Assembly: GCA_038143065.1 (NCBI GenBank)
Contig: JAYQLI010000035.1
Coordinates: 544,001 to 608,000 of the forward strand
DNA length: 64,000 nt
DNA from: Rhodospirillales bacterium
Lineage (GTDB): Bacteria > Pseudomonadota > Alphaproteobacteria > Bin95
Direction of reading: 5' to 3'
The notes under the pieces were generated by a model. That model had not been told where the DNA came from. It did no database searches and worked only from the letters and a program-made list of their open reading frames with translations. A program made the translations under genes and the position numbers. The stretch's first letter is position 1; the number at the start of each line of letters is the position of its first letter. Positions 31,632 to 42,756 of this stretch are shown piece by piece.

Positions 31632-32684
31632 ATGGTTACCATTCGTATTCTTTTCTTATTTCTAGCCGTCATAGCTTTAGGAATGTCACCTGTATCCGCT
31701 CAGGATTCCACGAAGCCTTCTAACGAGATACCAAGTAACAAGACATTAGAATTTAACAAGTGGCTTGAGGAGCTGCGCGAAGAAGCGCGATCGAAAGGAA
31801 TTTCCGAAGGTGTAATCCAGACTGCTCTCTCGGATATAAAGCCTGTTGCAAGAATACTCGAACGCGATCGTAAGCAGTCTGAATTCACCATAGATCTCGC
31901 TAAATATCGTAGTCGAGTTATCACAGAAGCAAATGTAAAGGCTGGTATTTCTAAGCGCGAATTACACAAGGAGCTGCTAAAGAAGGTGGCTTCGAAATAC
32001 TCTGTACAACCTCGTTTCATACTTGCAATTTGGGGGATAGAAACACGGTTTGGAGCTGTTAAACCAACCGTCCCTGTATTACCAGCTGTGGCAACGCTCG
32101 CATTCGATCGCCGTAGATCCAAGTATTTTAGACAACAGGTATTTGCCACACTGCGGATGCTGCAAAATAACTACATAGATCTTGAGAGCCTTAAGGGCTC
32201 GTGGGCGGGTGCAATGGGACAACCACAGTTCATGCCATCCAGCTATCTGGCATATGCTCAAGATTTTAATGGCGACGGTCGACGAGATATTTGGAATGAT
32301 GAGGGCGACGTCTTCGCTTCAATTGCTAATTATCTGGCGAAACACGGTTGGAGAGATGACCAAACGTGGGGACGTGAGATACAAGTCCCCCTCAATATAG
32401 CTCAAAATGAGTTTGAAAATCTCGACCCTAAAAATCGAGGTTGTAGGGCAATGAAAAAGATGAGCCACCCAAGATTATTAAGCGAATGGGCTAAAATTGG
32501 GGTAACCAAAATAGACGGCTCGCCACTACCTTCCCGAGATTTAGACGCGTCTATGATTTTTCCGGACGGAATAAGTGGCCCCAAATACTTAGTTTATGGC
32601 AATTACCGTTCCATACTTCGATATAATTGCGCTCATCTTTATGCTGTTACAGTTGGTGAATTGGCGAATAAATTATGGCGTTAA
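31632..32684 (+). CDS. mltB: Lytic murein transglycosylase (MltB/Slt35 family)
   Basis: AIWGIETRFG, GSWAGAMGQPQFMPSS, DFNGDGRRDIW, YN. Confidence 0.93.
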   Translation: MVTIRILFLFLAVIALGMSPVSAQDSTKPSNEIPSNKTLEFNKWLEELREEARSKGISEGVIQTALSDIKPVARILERDRKQSEFTIDLAKYRSRVITEANVKAGISKRELHKELLKKVASKYSVQPRFILAIWGIETRFGAVKPTVPVLPAVATLAFDRRRSKYFRQQVFATLRMLQNNYIDLESLKGSWAGAMGQPQFMPSSYLAYAQDFNGDGRRDIWNDEGDVFASIANYLAKHGWRDDQTWGREIQVPLNIAQNEFENLDPKNRGCRAMKKMSHPRLLSEWAKIGVTKIDGSPLPSRDLDASMIFPDGISGPKYLVYGNYRSILRYNCAHLYAVTVGELANKLWR

Positions 32685-33559
32685 GCTTGAGGCACATAAT
32701 CATCGGTTTTGGGTTTCTAGCGCTATTAGCTGGTTGCAGCACTTCTCGTGACGAAAGAAGTGATGGAATAGATGTGCCATTAAGCCCTCAAGTAACGATT
32801 ACCTCTGATGCTACCTCGAATTATAAAATAGGAACGCCGTATAAAATTGCTGGCATTCAATACCAACCTGAAGAGCGCTTCATACACGAGGAAACTGGCC
32901 AAGCATCTTGGTATGGTCCTGGTTTTCATAGCCGTTTAACAGCTAACGGTGAACCATTTGATCAACGTGCGATGACAGCAGCCCATCGCACTTTACAACT
33001 ACCATCCATTATTCATGTCACAAATCTGAGCAATGGGCGTACAGCGGTTCTTCGAGTTAATGATCGTGGACCATATCATGCAAACCGTATTCTAGATGTT
33101 TCGGAGGTTGCAGCAGAAGAGTTGGGTTTTATGCGGCGTGGGACCACAAAGGTTAAGATTAAAGTGTTGGAAGACCCAAGCCGAGAAGTAGCAGAGTTAG
33201 CAAGTTCGAATGCGACAATCAAAGAACTAGAGAGCATTCGATTGGCTGCAGCTAATTCTTTTAAGCCTCAAAATTCTTCAATAAGTCGTAAAGTAGAAAA
33301 AAAAGCAGAATACTCTTACGCTGCACAGACCGGAACATTTGTGCAAACTGGAGCTTTTAGTATTGAACAAAATGCCCACAAGCAGGGGCTTTCTTTAAAT
33401 AATTTTGGTCAATATTTGGTCAAAAAGTCAGAATATAAGGGTAAGACTATATTTCTCGTTAGGTTTGGTCCCTTCGAGAATGTACAAGAGGCAAAGAAGG
33501 CACTGTCGCGATTTGCAGTGGCAGGTGCAAAGGATGCACACGTCGTCACAGTGCAGTAA
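32675..33559 (+). CDS. rlpA: Septal ring lytic transglycosylase RlpA with SPOR domain
   Basis: Lipobox LAGC, ASWYG, TAAHRTL, RVNDRGP, VQTGAFS. Confidence 0.95.
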   Translation: MALSLRHIIIGFGFLALLAGCSTSRDERSDGIDVPLSPQVTITSDATSNYKIGTPYKIAGIQYQPEERFIHEETGQASWYGPGFHSRLTANGEPFDQRAMTAAHRTLQLPSIIHVTNLSNGRTAVLRVNDRGPYHANRILDVSEVAAEELGFMRRGTTKVKIKVLEDPSREVAELASSNATIKELESIRLAAANSFKPQNSSISRKVEKKAEYSYAAQTGTFVQTGAFSIEQNAHKQGLSLNNFGQYLVKKSEYKGKTIFLVRFGPFENVQEAKKALSRFAVAGAKDAHVVTVQ

Positions 33560-33572
33560 TAGGAGCAATCTT

Positions 33573-34712
33573 TTGCGCAGATTATTTATATACTTTTCTG
33601 TTCTTAGTTTTTTCGTCGTGCAGCCAAATGCGTCTACAGCGGCATCATTCGATACACTGGCACGCCAAGCTTATATGGTAGATCTAACAACTGGTGCCGT
33701 GCTTTTAGAGAAAGATGCACATTCCAAAATGCCACCGGCTTCTATGAGTAAGCTAATGACGGCATACCTTCTTTTTGAGAGACTTAAAAACGGCAGTATC
33801 TCAATGGAAGACACACTTCCTATCAGCTCAAATGCGTCACGCAAGGGTGGCTCGAAAATGTTTTTGCGCGATGGGGAACGCGTTAAGGTTGAAGATCTAA
33901 TCCGTGGAATAGTCATTCAATCAGGAAATGATGCCTGTATTGCAATAGCTGAGGGACTTGCCGGGAGCGAAGAAGCATTCGCAGAAATGATGAATGCCAA
34001 AGCAAAAGAAATTGGTTTAGAAAACAGCAATTTCACCAATGCTACGGGCTGGCCTGACCCCGAACATTATATGACGGCTGCAGACCTAGTAAAATTAGCT
34101 CAGCGACTTTTTGAAGACTTCCCCGAGTATTACCATTTTTATTCGGAGAGGCAGTTCAGTTTCAATAAAATCACCCAACGTAATCGCAATCCAACGCTCG
34201 GAGTTATCGAGGGAGCAGATGGAATGAAGACGGGTTACACCAGAGCCTCTGGCTATGGTCTAACGGCATCTGCAGAACGTGATGAACGACGCCTAATTAT
34301 GGTTGTAAACGGACTAGAACTCAAGCCAAGCCAGGGCAGCCGAAGCAGAACGACTAATAAATTGGGGATTTGGATTCTTTAAAATTCATGAACTTATTCA
34401 GGCCGGAGAAACAGTTGAAACAGCAGAGCTGTGGTTGGGCCAAAAGCGAACCGTTCCTCTAGTTCTTAAAGAAGACCTTCGAGTAACACTTCCAAAATCG
34501 TCAAAGGCTAAACTTAAAGTTGCAGTTCGCTACGAAGGACCAGTTAAGGCCCCAGTGTATAAGGGAGAAAAATTAGGCACTTTAGTTGTAAGTGCTCCAG
34601 GAATTGAGACAATCGAAGCCAATTATTCGTTGCAGAGACAGTAGAACGTTTAGGACCAGCGGGTCGAGTTATTGAAACCCTTGGTGCTCTCGTAAGTGGT
34701 GCTGGACGCTAG
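33573..34712 (+). CDS. dacA: D-alanyl-D-alanine carboxypeptidase (frameshifts near 34320 and 34620)
   Basis: PASMSKLMT (SxxK), SGNDA, KTG; PBP5 C-domain in ORF 34435-34644. Confidence 0.9.
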
Positions 34713-34714
34713 TT

Positions 34715-35347
34715 TTGACTAGGGGGCATTTCATAACGCTCGAAGGAGGTGAGGGAGCGGGCAAAAGCACTCAAGCTCAATTATTAAAGAATTTTCTGGA
34801 AAATTAGGGCTTGTCAGTAGTTCTCACGCGTGAGCCAGGAGGATCTCCAGATGCAGAGCGTCTACGAGAAGCCTTACTGGATATGCCAGAACATTTGGGA
34901 ACCTGGACGGCAGACACTGAGTGCTTGATTCATTTTGCGGCAAGGTGCCAGCACATAGCGGATGTTATTAAGCCTGAGCTTTCAAAAGGGCATTGGGTAA
35001 TTTGCGATCGCTTCACTGATTCAACCATCGCTTATCAGGGGTATGCCAGCGGTGTCGATCAATCACGAATTAGATCACTTCAACATTGGGCGCTTAAAGA
35101 TTTTGAACCTGATTTGACAATTATTTTAGACCTTCCTGTTGAAGCAGGATTATCTCGGGCTGCTTCAAGAGGGTCTGCGTCAGATATTTACGAGCGTCGT
35201 ACGAAAGAATTTCACGATTCTGTTAGGGAGGGTTTTCTTGATATTGCCGCCAAGAACCCCACTCGTTGTTATTTAGTGAATGCGGATCAAGAGACCAGCG
35301 TCGTGGCTGCATCTATTAGGCAAGCAATAGACAAGCGATTTGGGTAA
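34715..35347 (+). CDS. tmk: Thymidylate kinase (apparent in-frame TAG at 34805-34807)
   Basis: TTG 34715: MTRGHFITLEGGEGAGKSTQ…EN*GLSVVLTREPGG…CDRFTDSTIAYQG. Confidence 0.95.
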
Positions 35348-35350
35348 AAT

Positions 35351-36464
35351 ATGGCAAGGAGTAGCTCAAAAGCGACGTCAGTAGAGGAAATCGATGAAGA
35401 TCATCCTCGCTTACAGACGACATGCCTAGAACAAGATGCTCCAGAACGACAATTCATCGAAGCGTATAATCAGCGCCGCTTGCATCATGCTTGGCTCCTA
35501 TGTGGCCCTAAAGGAACGGGCAAGGCAACGTTTGCTTATCGGGCTGCAAAATTCCTGCTAGCAGAAGAAAAAACAGAAATTGGTGGGCTGTTTGGTTCCG
35601 CAGTACCTCCAGAAACCTTAGATCGATCTTCGGATGACCCTGGTTGTCGAAGGGTTGCTGCTGGGTCACATGCGGATTTGACTACATTGGAACCAACAAA
35701 AACAGGTGGGCAAATTATTGTTGAAACAGCGGATAAACTTGCGGCAGCTCTGAGATTAACAGCCTGGGGAGGGATCTTGGAGAGTTGCAATTATTGATGC
35801 TGCGGATGATTTAAATATCTCGGCAGCTAACAAACTTTTAAAACTAATCGAAGAGCCGCCAACAAACACTATTCTGTTTCTAATTTCACATAACCCGGGA
35901 CGTTTATTACCAACTATCAGGTCTAGATGTACTAGAGTTACATTTAATACGCTGAGTTCCGATGCAATAGCCAGGATTCTAACTTTGCGTAGGCCAGAAA
36001 CCTCGGGTGAAAATATCTCCTCCATTATTGAATTGTCGTCCGGGTCAGCTGGCCGTGCTCTGGCATTGTTGGATGGCGGCGGAGCAGAGGCAATTAACCA
36101 ACTAAGCCAAGTGCTCGCCGGTAGACATGGGGCGGGTGTTTTAGCCGCAGAAGGATTGGCAGCATCCCTAAACCGTAACCCATTTCAATATAATGTTGTA
36201 ACAGACAGCTTGATATCTTGGTTAGTTTTAGCGGCAAAACCTCCTTTAGAAGCAGAGTCGGAAGTCGGATTGCCAACTGATATGGTTAAGTTGGCGAACG
36301 CCGCTTCAGTCTTAGGCCCTAAACCCTGGATTGAGCTGTATGAACACGCTACATACCGATTTGAGAGAACTAAAGCTGTCAACCTTGACCCAGCGCAGAC
36401 GCTCGTAGATATCTTAGCTCGCATACAAGCGCTTCTCGCACGTTCCGAGTTGCGTGGTTCTTGA
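35351..36464 (+). CDS. holB: DNA polymerase III delta' subunit (frameshifts)
   Basis: HHAWLLCGPKGTGKAT; next frame RVAIIDAADDLN…AANKLLKLIEEPP…LLPTIRSRC; between tmk and metG. Confidence 0.92.
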
Positions 36465-36505
36465 AACAAATTTTGGCTTTGGCCTCATTAAAAGGAGCTG
36501 GCGGC

Positions 36506-38055
36506 ATGACTGAGCAGCCGCGCTACTACATTACCACACCTATTTATTACGTTAATGACGATCCGCACATCGGTCATGCCTACACCACGTTAGCGTGTGA
36601 TGTGCTTGCGCGTTTTAAACGTCTTGATGGGTATGATGTTCACTTTTTAACAGGAACTGATGAACACGGTCAGAAAGTCGAAAAGGCTGCTGAAGCAGCA
36701 GGCGTAGACCCACAAGCCTTTACCGATGATGTTTCTAAAAGGTTTCGCGACCTTCTTGGAGCGATGAACTTTTCAAACGATGATTTCATTCGAACCACAG
36801 AGCCACGCCATATCGATTCAGTTCAAGCTATCTGGCAACGACTAATCGACCGTGATGAGATTTATCTCGGTGCTTACGCTGGATGGTATGCAGTACGTGA
36901 CGAGGCGTTCTATGGTGAGGGCGAGCTTACAAAAGACCAAGCAGGGCAGCGTCTTGCGCCCACCGGCGCACCTGTGGAATGGGTAGAAGAACCAAGTTAT
37001 TTTTTCCGCTTATCTGCCTGGCAGGATCGTCTTTTAAGGTTTTACGAGGAAAATCAAGACTTTATTGCGCCAAATTCGCGTCGAAATGAAGTGATAAGCT
37101 TTGTGAAGAGCGGCCTTCAAGACCTTTCAGTATCCAGGGTTAGCTTTAAATGGGGGTTCCTGTTCCTGGTGACGAAGCCCATGTGATGTATGTTTGGCTT
37201 GACGCATTAACAAATTACATCACCGCAGCCGGCTTCCCCGATACAGAATCAAATAGCTACAAGCGCTACTGGCCTGCTGACCTTCATATGGTCGGAAAAG
37301 ACATTCTCAGATTTCATACGGTCTATTGGCCTGCTTTTCTGATGGCTGCAGGTTTAGAACCACCCAAGCGAGTATTTGCGCATGGATGGTGGACTAACGA
37401 GGGGCAAAAGATTTCAAAATCTTTGGGAAATGTAATAAGTCCTTATGATCTGGTGGATCGGTATGGCTTAGATCAAACCCGCTATTTCCTTCTTCGTGAA
37501 GTGCCATTTGGCAATGACGGTGACTTTTCAAGAAATTCGATGATCAGTCGCATGAATAATGAGCTTGCTAATGACTATGGAAATTTAGCCCAAAGGGTTC
37601 TTTCAATGATTGCAAAGAATCTGGGCGGCGAAGTGCCCGAACCGCAAGACTTTACCCAAGAAGATAAAGAGCTTTTAGACGCCTCAAATTCATTGCCAAA
37701 AGTTATTCGGCCACTGATGGACACTCAAGCATTCCATGAGGCATTGGAACGTATTTGGGTGGTGATCAGGGCATCGAACGCATATGTGGATCATCAGGCA
37801 CCTTGGGTTTTACGAAAGTCAGATCCTGCCAGGATGGGTACAGTATTGTACGTTTTAGCTGAAACTATTCGGCGACTTGCAATCATGACTCAGCCGTTTA
37901 TGCCAGATTCATCAAGAAAAATGCTTGATCAACTTTCTATCCCGGACGAGGAAAGAACAATCAATGCTGTTTCGAGCGTTAAACTTTCACCAGGAATAGT
38001 TCTGCCAAAACCGGAGGGTATATTCCCAAGGTATATCGACGAGGAAAACGCTTAG
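36506..38055 (+). CDS. metG: Methionyl-tRNA synthetase (frameshift in G run near 37152)
   Basis: TTPIYYVN…HIGH, GTDEHG, YVWLDAL, GKDILRFH, KISKS. Confidence 0.97.
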
Positions 38056-38852
38056 TGCTGTCCCACTTCATCGATAGTCACTGTCACCTTGATCATCTAG
38101 ACGAGCATGCAAGAGCGGAGGCAGTTGGACGTGCCATAAGGGCAGGGGTACGTGGCATGTTAACAATCTGCACAAGTCTTGCATCTTTAAATCAGGTTGC
38201 TCAGATTGCTGCGATGTATAAGCCAAACGTAGCGATGGCGGTCGGTGTCCATCCACATCGTGTTGAAAGCGAAGGTGTTCCAACAGAGGAAGAACTGACT
38301 CAGGTAGGAATGCGGACTGATGTTGCTGGACTTGGTGAAACTGGACTTGATTATTTCTACAATAAAAGCCGTAAGGATTTTCAACAGGAGAGTTTCCGAA
38401 GGCATATCAGGGCCTCTCAAAAAACAAATGTTCCATTCATTGTGCATACCAGAGACGCTGATGAGGATACGATTCAGATTTTAGAAGAAGAGGCCAGTAA
38501 TGGTCATCAAAATGGTGTCTTGCACTGCTTTTCCTCCGGGCGCGCTTTAGCAGAACGCGCTGTAGATCTAGGAATGTATATCTCACTTTCAGGAATTCTA
38601 ACTTTTAATAATGCCAAAGAGGTTCGAGAAATCGCTTCAGACATCCCCTTAGATAGGCTGTTAATTGAAACAGACACCCCATTCCTTGCTCCAATTCCAA
38701 TGCGAGGCAAGCCAAATGAGCCAGCATATGTAGTCCATACGGCTAAGGTTCTTGCTGATTTAAAAGGAATATCAATAGAAACATTAGCCCATGTAACCAC
38801 AGAGAATTTCACGCGTCTCTTTCCAAAAGCAGCTGAGCTCGCAAAAGCATGA
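38055..38852 (+). CDS. tatD: TatD family hydrolase
   Basis: DSHCHL, GVHPH, GETGLD, HTRDA, HCFS, ETDTPFLAP. Confidence 0.93.
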   Translation: MLSHFIDSHCHLDHLDEHARAEAVGRAIRAGVRGMLTICTSLASLNQVAQIAAMYKPNVAMAVGVHPHRVESEGVPTEEELTQVGMRTDVAGLGETGLDYFYNKSRKDFQQESFRRHIRASQKTNVPFIVHTRDADEDTIQILEEEASNGHQNGVLHCFSSGRALAERAVDLGMYISLSGILTFNNAKEVREIASDIPLDRLLIETDTPFLAPIPMRGKPNEPAYVVHTAKVLADLKGISIETLAHVTTENFTRLFPKAAELAKA

Positions 38853-39646
38853 AAGTGCGGATTTTAGGCGCCGGAGCATCATCAGGTGTCCCGTATGTCT
38901 CTGGTGATTGGGGCCAATGCGATCCAAGTGAAATAAAGAATAAGAGAAGCAGAGCAAGCATACTTATTGAGTGTAACGGCCAACGAATTGTCGTAGATAC
39001 TGGTCCAGATTTCCGTGCACAGTTCCTCGAAGCCGGCTCAGGTCCAATTGATGCTGTTATTTATACTCATGCGCACGCGGATCATGTCCATGGAATAGAT
39101 GATGTTCGACACATTAACTCTATGATGAAGAAAGAAATTCCGGCGTTTGGATACGAAGAATGCCTAACCGAAATTGCACGCAGATTTAATTACGTCTTTA
39201 AACCCGTAGAACAAAGTCAAGGTTGGTTTAGACCTGCAATGACAGCAAATTCCATTGAAGACGGTGCGGTTTCTATTGGTTCATCTAATCTTCAGATATT
39301 TGAGCAAGACCATGGTGTCTGTAGAACCGTTGGCGTTCGAATTGGAGAAATTGGCTACTCCACGGACGTTGTGCGTTTGAATAAAGCGGCACTTGATACG
39401 TTAAAAGGTGTAAAGACCTGGATAGTTGGTTGCCTTAGGCGTGAAGATCATTTTGTGCACGCTGGGCTTAGTCAGGTGTTGAGGTGGGCGGATGTGATTG
39501 GCCCAGACCGTGTAATTCTGACTCATATGAATGCTACGATGGATTATGCAGAGTTAAGTGCAGAGTTACCATCCGGGGTCGAGCCTGGGTATGATGGCTT
39601 AGAGATAATACCTATAATTTCCCATAATATATCTTATCGGACTTAA
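38849..39646 (+). CDS. MBL-fold metallo-hydrolase (PhnP-like phosphodiesterase)
   Basis: LGAGASSGVP, DTGPD, THAHADHVHGIDD, THM, YDGL. Confidence 0.92.
   Translation: MKVRILGAGASSGVPYVSGDWGQCDPSEIKNKRSRASILIECNGQRIVVDTGPDFRAQFLEAGSGPIDAVIYTHAHADHVHGIDDVRHINSMMKKEIPAFGYEECLTEIARRFNYVFKPVEQSQGWFRPAMTANSIEDGAVSIGSSNLQIFEQDHGVCRTVGVRIGEIGYSTDVVRLNKAALDTLKGVKTWIVGCLRREDHFVHAGLSQVLRWADVIGPDRVILTHMNATMDYAELSAELPSGVEPGYDGLEIIPIISHNISYRT
39617..39644 (-). other. Chromosomal dif site (XerC/XerD recombination site)
   Basis: Minus strand AAGTCCGATAA-GATATA-TTATGGGAAAT fits the 11-6-11 dif architecture (E. coli GGTGCGCATAA-TGTATA-TTATGTTAAAT); KOPS octamers point toward it from both sides. Confidence 0.85.
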
Positions 39647-39713
39647 ATCCACAGCAAGCTAAACCTAATCTTAGTCTTCCCCTCGCTAAAATTTCCTGCG
39701 ATCTTTACCGACG

Positions 39714-40520
39714 TTGCCCGAAACAGTGGAGCCCAAAATCTTGGCATACGAAACGATCCTTTACGAAGAAGATGGCCCGATCGCTTGGATAACCCTCAAC
39801 CGCCCTGATCACGGCAATATGTTTAACCAAACGATGTGCCATGAACTAAGAGATTGTATGAACGAAATTCGCCGGGAAACCCGCACCCGGGTGGTTGTAA
39901 TACCTGGCTCTGGAGATCGCTTCTTTTGCATTGGTGGAGAAAAAACCGGTCTAGAAGATACACTTCTCTACCCAGGTGTTTTGCCAACTCTTGAAATTTA
40001 TGAATCTATTGAACGACTTCAGAAACCGGTAATTGCGAGTGTTAATGGATATGCAGTCGGCGGTGGCAATGTTCTGCAAGTAGTATGCGACCTTACAATT
40101 GCTAAAGAGTCTGCGGTCTTTAGGCAAGTTGGTCCAATGATGGGATCGTTTGATGCTGGTTATGGAACTTGGAAACTTGAAGACCTTGTTGGATCCAAGC
40201 GAGCCAAAGAAATGTGGATGTTGAATGACAGGATTTCAGCATCTGACGCAGCAGAGAGAGGCTTAATTAATCGTTGCGTTCCAGACGATAGCCTTAGAGA
40301 AGAGACACGAAAGATGGCGTTAGATGTGTCAGAACGCGGACCTTTTGCATTAGCAGCAATCAAGCACGCGTTCCTGGCGCGTCATGGCGGCGTTGCTGGT
40401 CTATCTAGAGTAACGCATGACCTACTTCTTCGGCCATTCTTGGATACCAAAGAGTCCAAAGAATTAGGTACTAGTTTTAGAGAAAAACGGAAGCCTGATC
40501 CTTCAACTTTCGGACATTAA
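39714..40520 (+). CDS. Crotonase of the MenB/BadI clade
   Basis: LNRPDHGN, FFCIGG, AVGGGNVL, QVGPMMGSFDAGYG. Confidence 0.85.
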   Translation: MPETVEPKILAYETILYEEDGPIAWITLNRPDHGNMFNQTMCHELRDCMNEIRRETRTRVVVIPGSGDRFFCIGGEKTGLEDTLLYPGVLPTLEIYESIERLQKPVIASVNGYAVGGGNVLQVVCDLTIAKESAVFRQVGPMMGSFDAGYGTWKLEDLVGSKRAKEMWMLNDRISASDAAERGLINRCVPDDSLREETRKMALDVSERGPFALAAIKHAFLARHGGVAGLSRVTHDLLLRPFLDTKESKELGTSFREKRKPDPSTFGH

Positions 40521-40524
40521 AAGA

Positions 40525-42183
40525 ATGCCTGCACGCCCCGTTGGCCCCCTCCTCTCGTTACATCACCCTGAAGTAGCTCAGACCTATTATAAGCAGGGTC
40601 TCTGGACCTCTGAAACTTTCAATGATGCTCTTGAAAGACACGCAAAAACGAGGCCCAACGCTTTTGCAATTCGTGATTCCTCGAGGCGATTAACGTGGAG
40701 TGATTTTGCCGAGCTTGTTCGACGCTATGCAGGACATATGGCAGCTAAAGGAACTGCGCCAGGGGAACGTGTTGGGGTCAGGCTCTCCAATCGTGTTGAA
40801 AGTGTGGCGTCATTCTTAGCTGCAGCACGAATTGGAGCGGTAGCTAATCCTTCACTGCATCAGAATTATGTAACAGGGGATGTCATTTCTCTTCTGAAAA
40901 ATATTGGTGCCAAACTTCTGGTTACCGAGGATAATTTTGGTGTTGATAGTGGAAAAGCAGACCTAGCGGAGGAAGCGGAAAAAATAGAAGGAATGCGTCA
41001 TGTTTTTCGTATTCCAGCCGGTCGGGACAGTGGTGGCCAATTCGATGTTCAAATATCTGAACCTAAACGTTCCGATAGCCCTGATGCGGTATGTTATTTA
41101 GCTTTCACCTCAGGGACTACAGGACATCCCAAAGGGGTTATGCACTCGACAAACACGCTAATGGCGAATGCGAGGGATTTAGTGCGTGATTGGGGACATA
41201 CGGAAAATACGATTTTACTAAGTTTATCTCCCCTAACCCACCACATTGCATGGGTAGCCGTATCTCAAATAATGGATTGCGGCGGTGAATTGGTGCTTAA
41301 TGATCCACCAGCTGGAATGACTGCGCTGGACTGGATGTTGGAAACCCAAGCAACCTACGTTATGGGCGTCCCCACACATGCGATGGATGTTCAGGCAGAA
41401 GCTTACCACCGCGGCCTAGAAAAGCTTGGTAACGTGTCAGTATTTTATATGGCTGGCGCGCAAATTCCTCCAGCGGTAGCAGACAGATTTCGAACACTGG
41501 GCGTACTACCGCAGAATGTTTATGGCATGAGCGAAAACTCGTCACACCAATACACTCTCCCTGCCGATCCAGACAAAGTAATTACTAATACCTGCGGTCG
41601 TGGCGGACCGGCCTATGAAATTAAGATTGTGGACCAAAACGATCCCGATAAAGAAGCAAAAGATGGAGAAATTGGGCAAATTGCCGGTCATGGTGCTTGC
41701 CTTATGTTAGGATATTTTAATAACCAAAACGCTACTGAAGCATCATTCAACCGGCATGGCTGGTTTTTATCCGGTGACCTCGGTCGCATCGATCAAGATG
41801 GGAATTTAATAGTTACCGGTCGCTTAAAGGACATAATAATTCGGGGTGGGCATAATATTCACCCTGCGAAAGTCGAAGATATTGCTATCTCCCATCCTTC
41901 AATTGCAAAAGCAGCAGCTTTTGCTGTTCCAGATGAGCGGTTAGGAGAGAAGGTTTGTCTCGCTGTAATGCCTTCTGGCGTTGAGGCAATTCCAGAAGCA
42001 GAAGTTGTTCTGGAGCACTTGGCTCGAGGAGGACTTTCTCACTATGATATGCCGGAATATTTTTTGATTTTAGACGCCTTCCCTCTGACAGCTTCTGGAA
42101 AAATCTTGAAACGGGAGCTCGTTGAAATGCTTAAGCGCGGTGAAGTCTCTCCCAAACAATGTCGATACAACAGACCTAAATGA
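40525..42183 (+). CDS. Acyl-CoA ligase (AliA/FadK-like class I adenylate-forming enzyme)
   Basis: FTSGTTGHPKG, YGMSE, SGDLG, GRLKDIIIRGG, PDERLGE, TASGK. Confidence 0.9.
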   Translation: MPARPVGPLLSLHHPEVAQTYYKQGLWTSETFNDALERHAKTRPNAFAIRDSSRRLTWSDFAELVRRYAGHMAAKGTAPGERVGVRLSNRVESVASFLAAARIGAVANPSLHQNYVTGDVISLLKNIGAKLLVTEDNFGVDSGKADLAEEAEKIEGMRHVFRIPAGRDSGGQFDVQISEPKRSDSPDAVCYLAFTSGTTGHPKGVMHSTNTLMANARDLVRDWGHTENTILLSLSPLTHHIAWVAVSQIMDCGGELVLNDPPAGMTALDWMLETQATYVMGVPTHAMDVQAEAYHRGLEKLGNVSVFYMAGAQIPPAVADRFRTLGVLPQNVYGMSENSSHQYTLPADPDKVITNTCGRGGPAYEIKIVDQNDPDKEAKDGEIGQIAGHGACLMLGYFNNQNATEASFNRHGWFLSGDLGRIDQDGNLIVTGRLKDIIIRGGHNIHPAKVEDIAISHPSIAKAAAFAVPDERLGEKVCLAVMPSGVEAIPEAEVVLEHLARGGLSHYDMPEYFLILDAFPLTASGKILKRELVEMLKRGEVSPKQCRYNRPK

Positions 42184-42288
42184 ATCCCCTTTACTTATCA
42201 TGTTCTTGATATTGGAAATTAGTGATGACCACGAACCCTATATCCTAAATATTTTGATTAATTTTTCGTGATAAATAATTGAAATAAT

Positions 42289-42747
42289 TTAAGTGTTTTG
42301 CCGAAGATTCCAATCTCTGCCGTTAAAGTCCCAATAAGCTAACTGTTTTCCTTCTTCCATCCACTGCCGCCATCTTCCCCGTGCTTTATCACGTGCCGGA
42401 GGATCCTGAGCATCGAAAAGATAGACGCACTTTTCATAACGTTGCCAATTACTTGGCATAGCGTCATCTATCATAATGAGTTTTGAGCGTGGGTCTTCTG
42501 TTTCAGTGACAGAAATCCAAACAGGGTGCTCGTTGGATTCACCATCACCTTTAGCTCCATGTGGAACAAAGCTTGTCGGTTCGAAAGTCCATAACCCACC
42601 ATCTAGTTCGGCTACACGCTCCTGGTCTGCACACAAGACCATTACATGACCAAGTTGACCTTGAGATTCCAAATAATGACCAAGAGCTAAAAATAGTGGA
42701 CGGCCATCAGAATTAAGAAATGCTACTTGACCTTGTCCATTATTCAT
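42289..42747 (-). CDS. holC: DNA polymerase III chi subunit
   Basis: LDGGLWTFEPTSFVPHG, PVWI, ARGRWR; downstream of pepA. Confidence 0.9.
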   Translation of the reverse strand: MNNGQGQVAFLNSDGRPLFLALGHYLESQGQLGHVMVLCADQERVAELDGGLWTFEPTSFVPHGAKGDGESNEHPVWISVTETEDPRSKLIMIDDAMPSNWQRYEKCVYLFDAQDPPARDKARGRWRQWMEEGKQLAYWDFNGRDWNLRQNT

Positions 42748-42756
42748 ACAAATTGC

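Noticed and set aside
34805-34807. In-frame TAG in tmk as stop-codon recoding/pyrrolysine
   Set aside because: GAAAATTAGGGC is explained by compensating homopolymer errors (GAA AAA TTA GGC); TAG serves as a normal stop elsewhere; no pyl genes
37145-37160. Programmed ribosomal frameshifting in metG, prs, holB and others
   Set aside because: Too many unrelated genes, mixed +1/-1 directions, mostly at homopolymers; no stimulatory structures seen
42192-42219. Second dif-like site (ATATTGGAAAT) that would bracket the crotonase-ligase pair as a Xer-integrated element
   Set aside because: Only a partial XerD-like arm; the XerC arm does not match and the orientation is inverted
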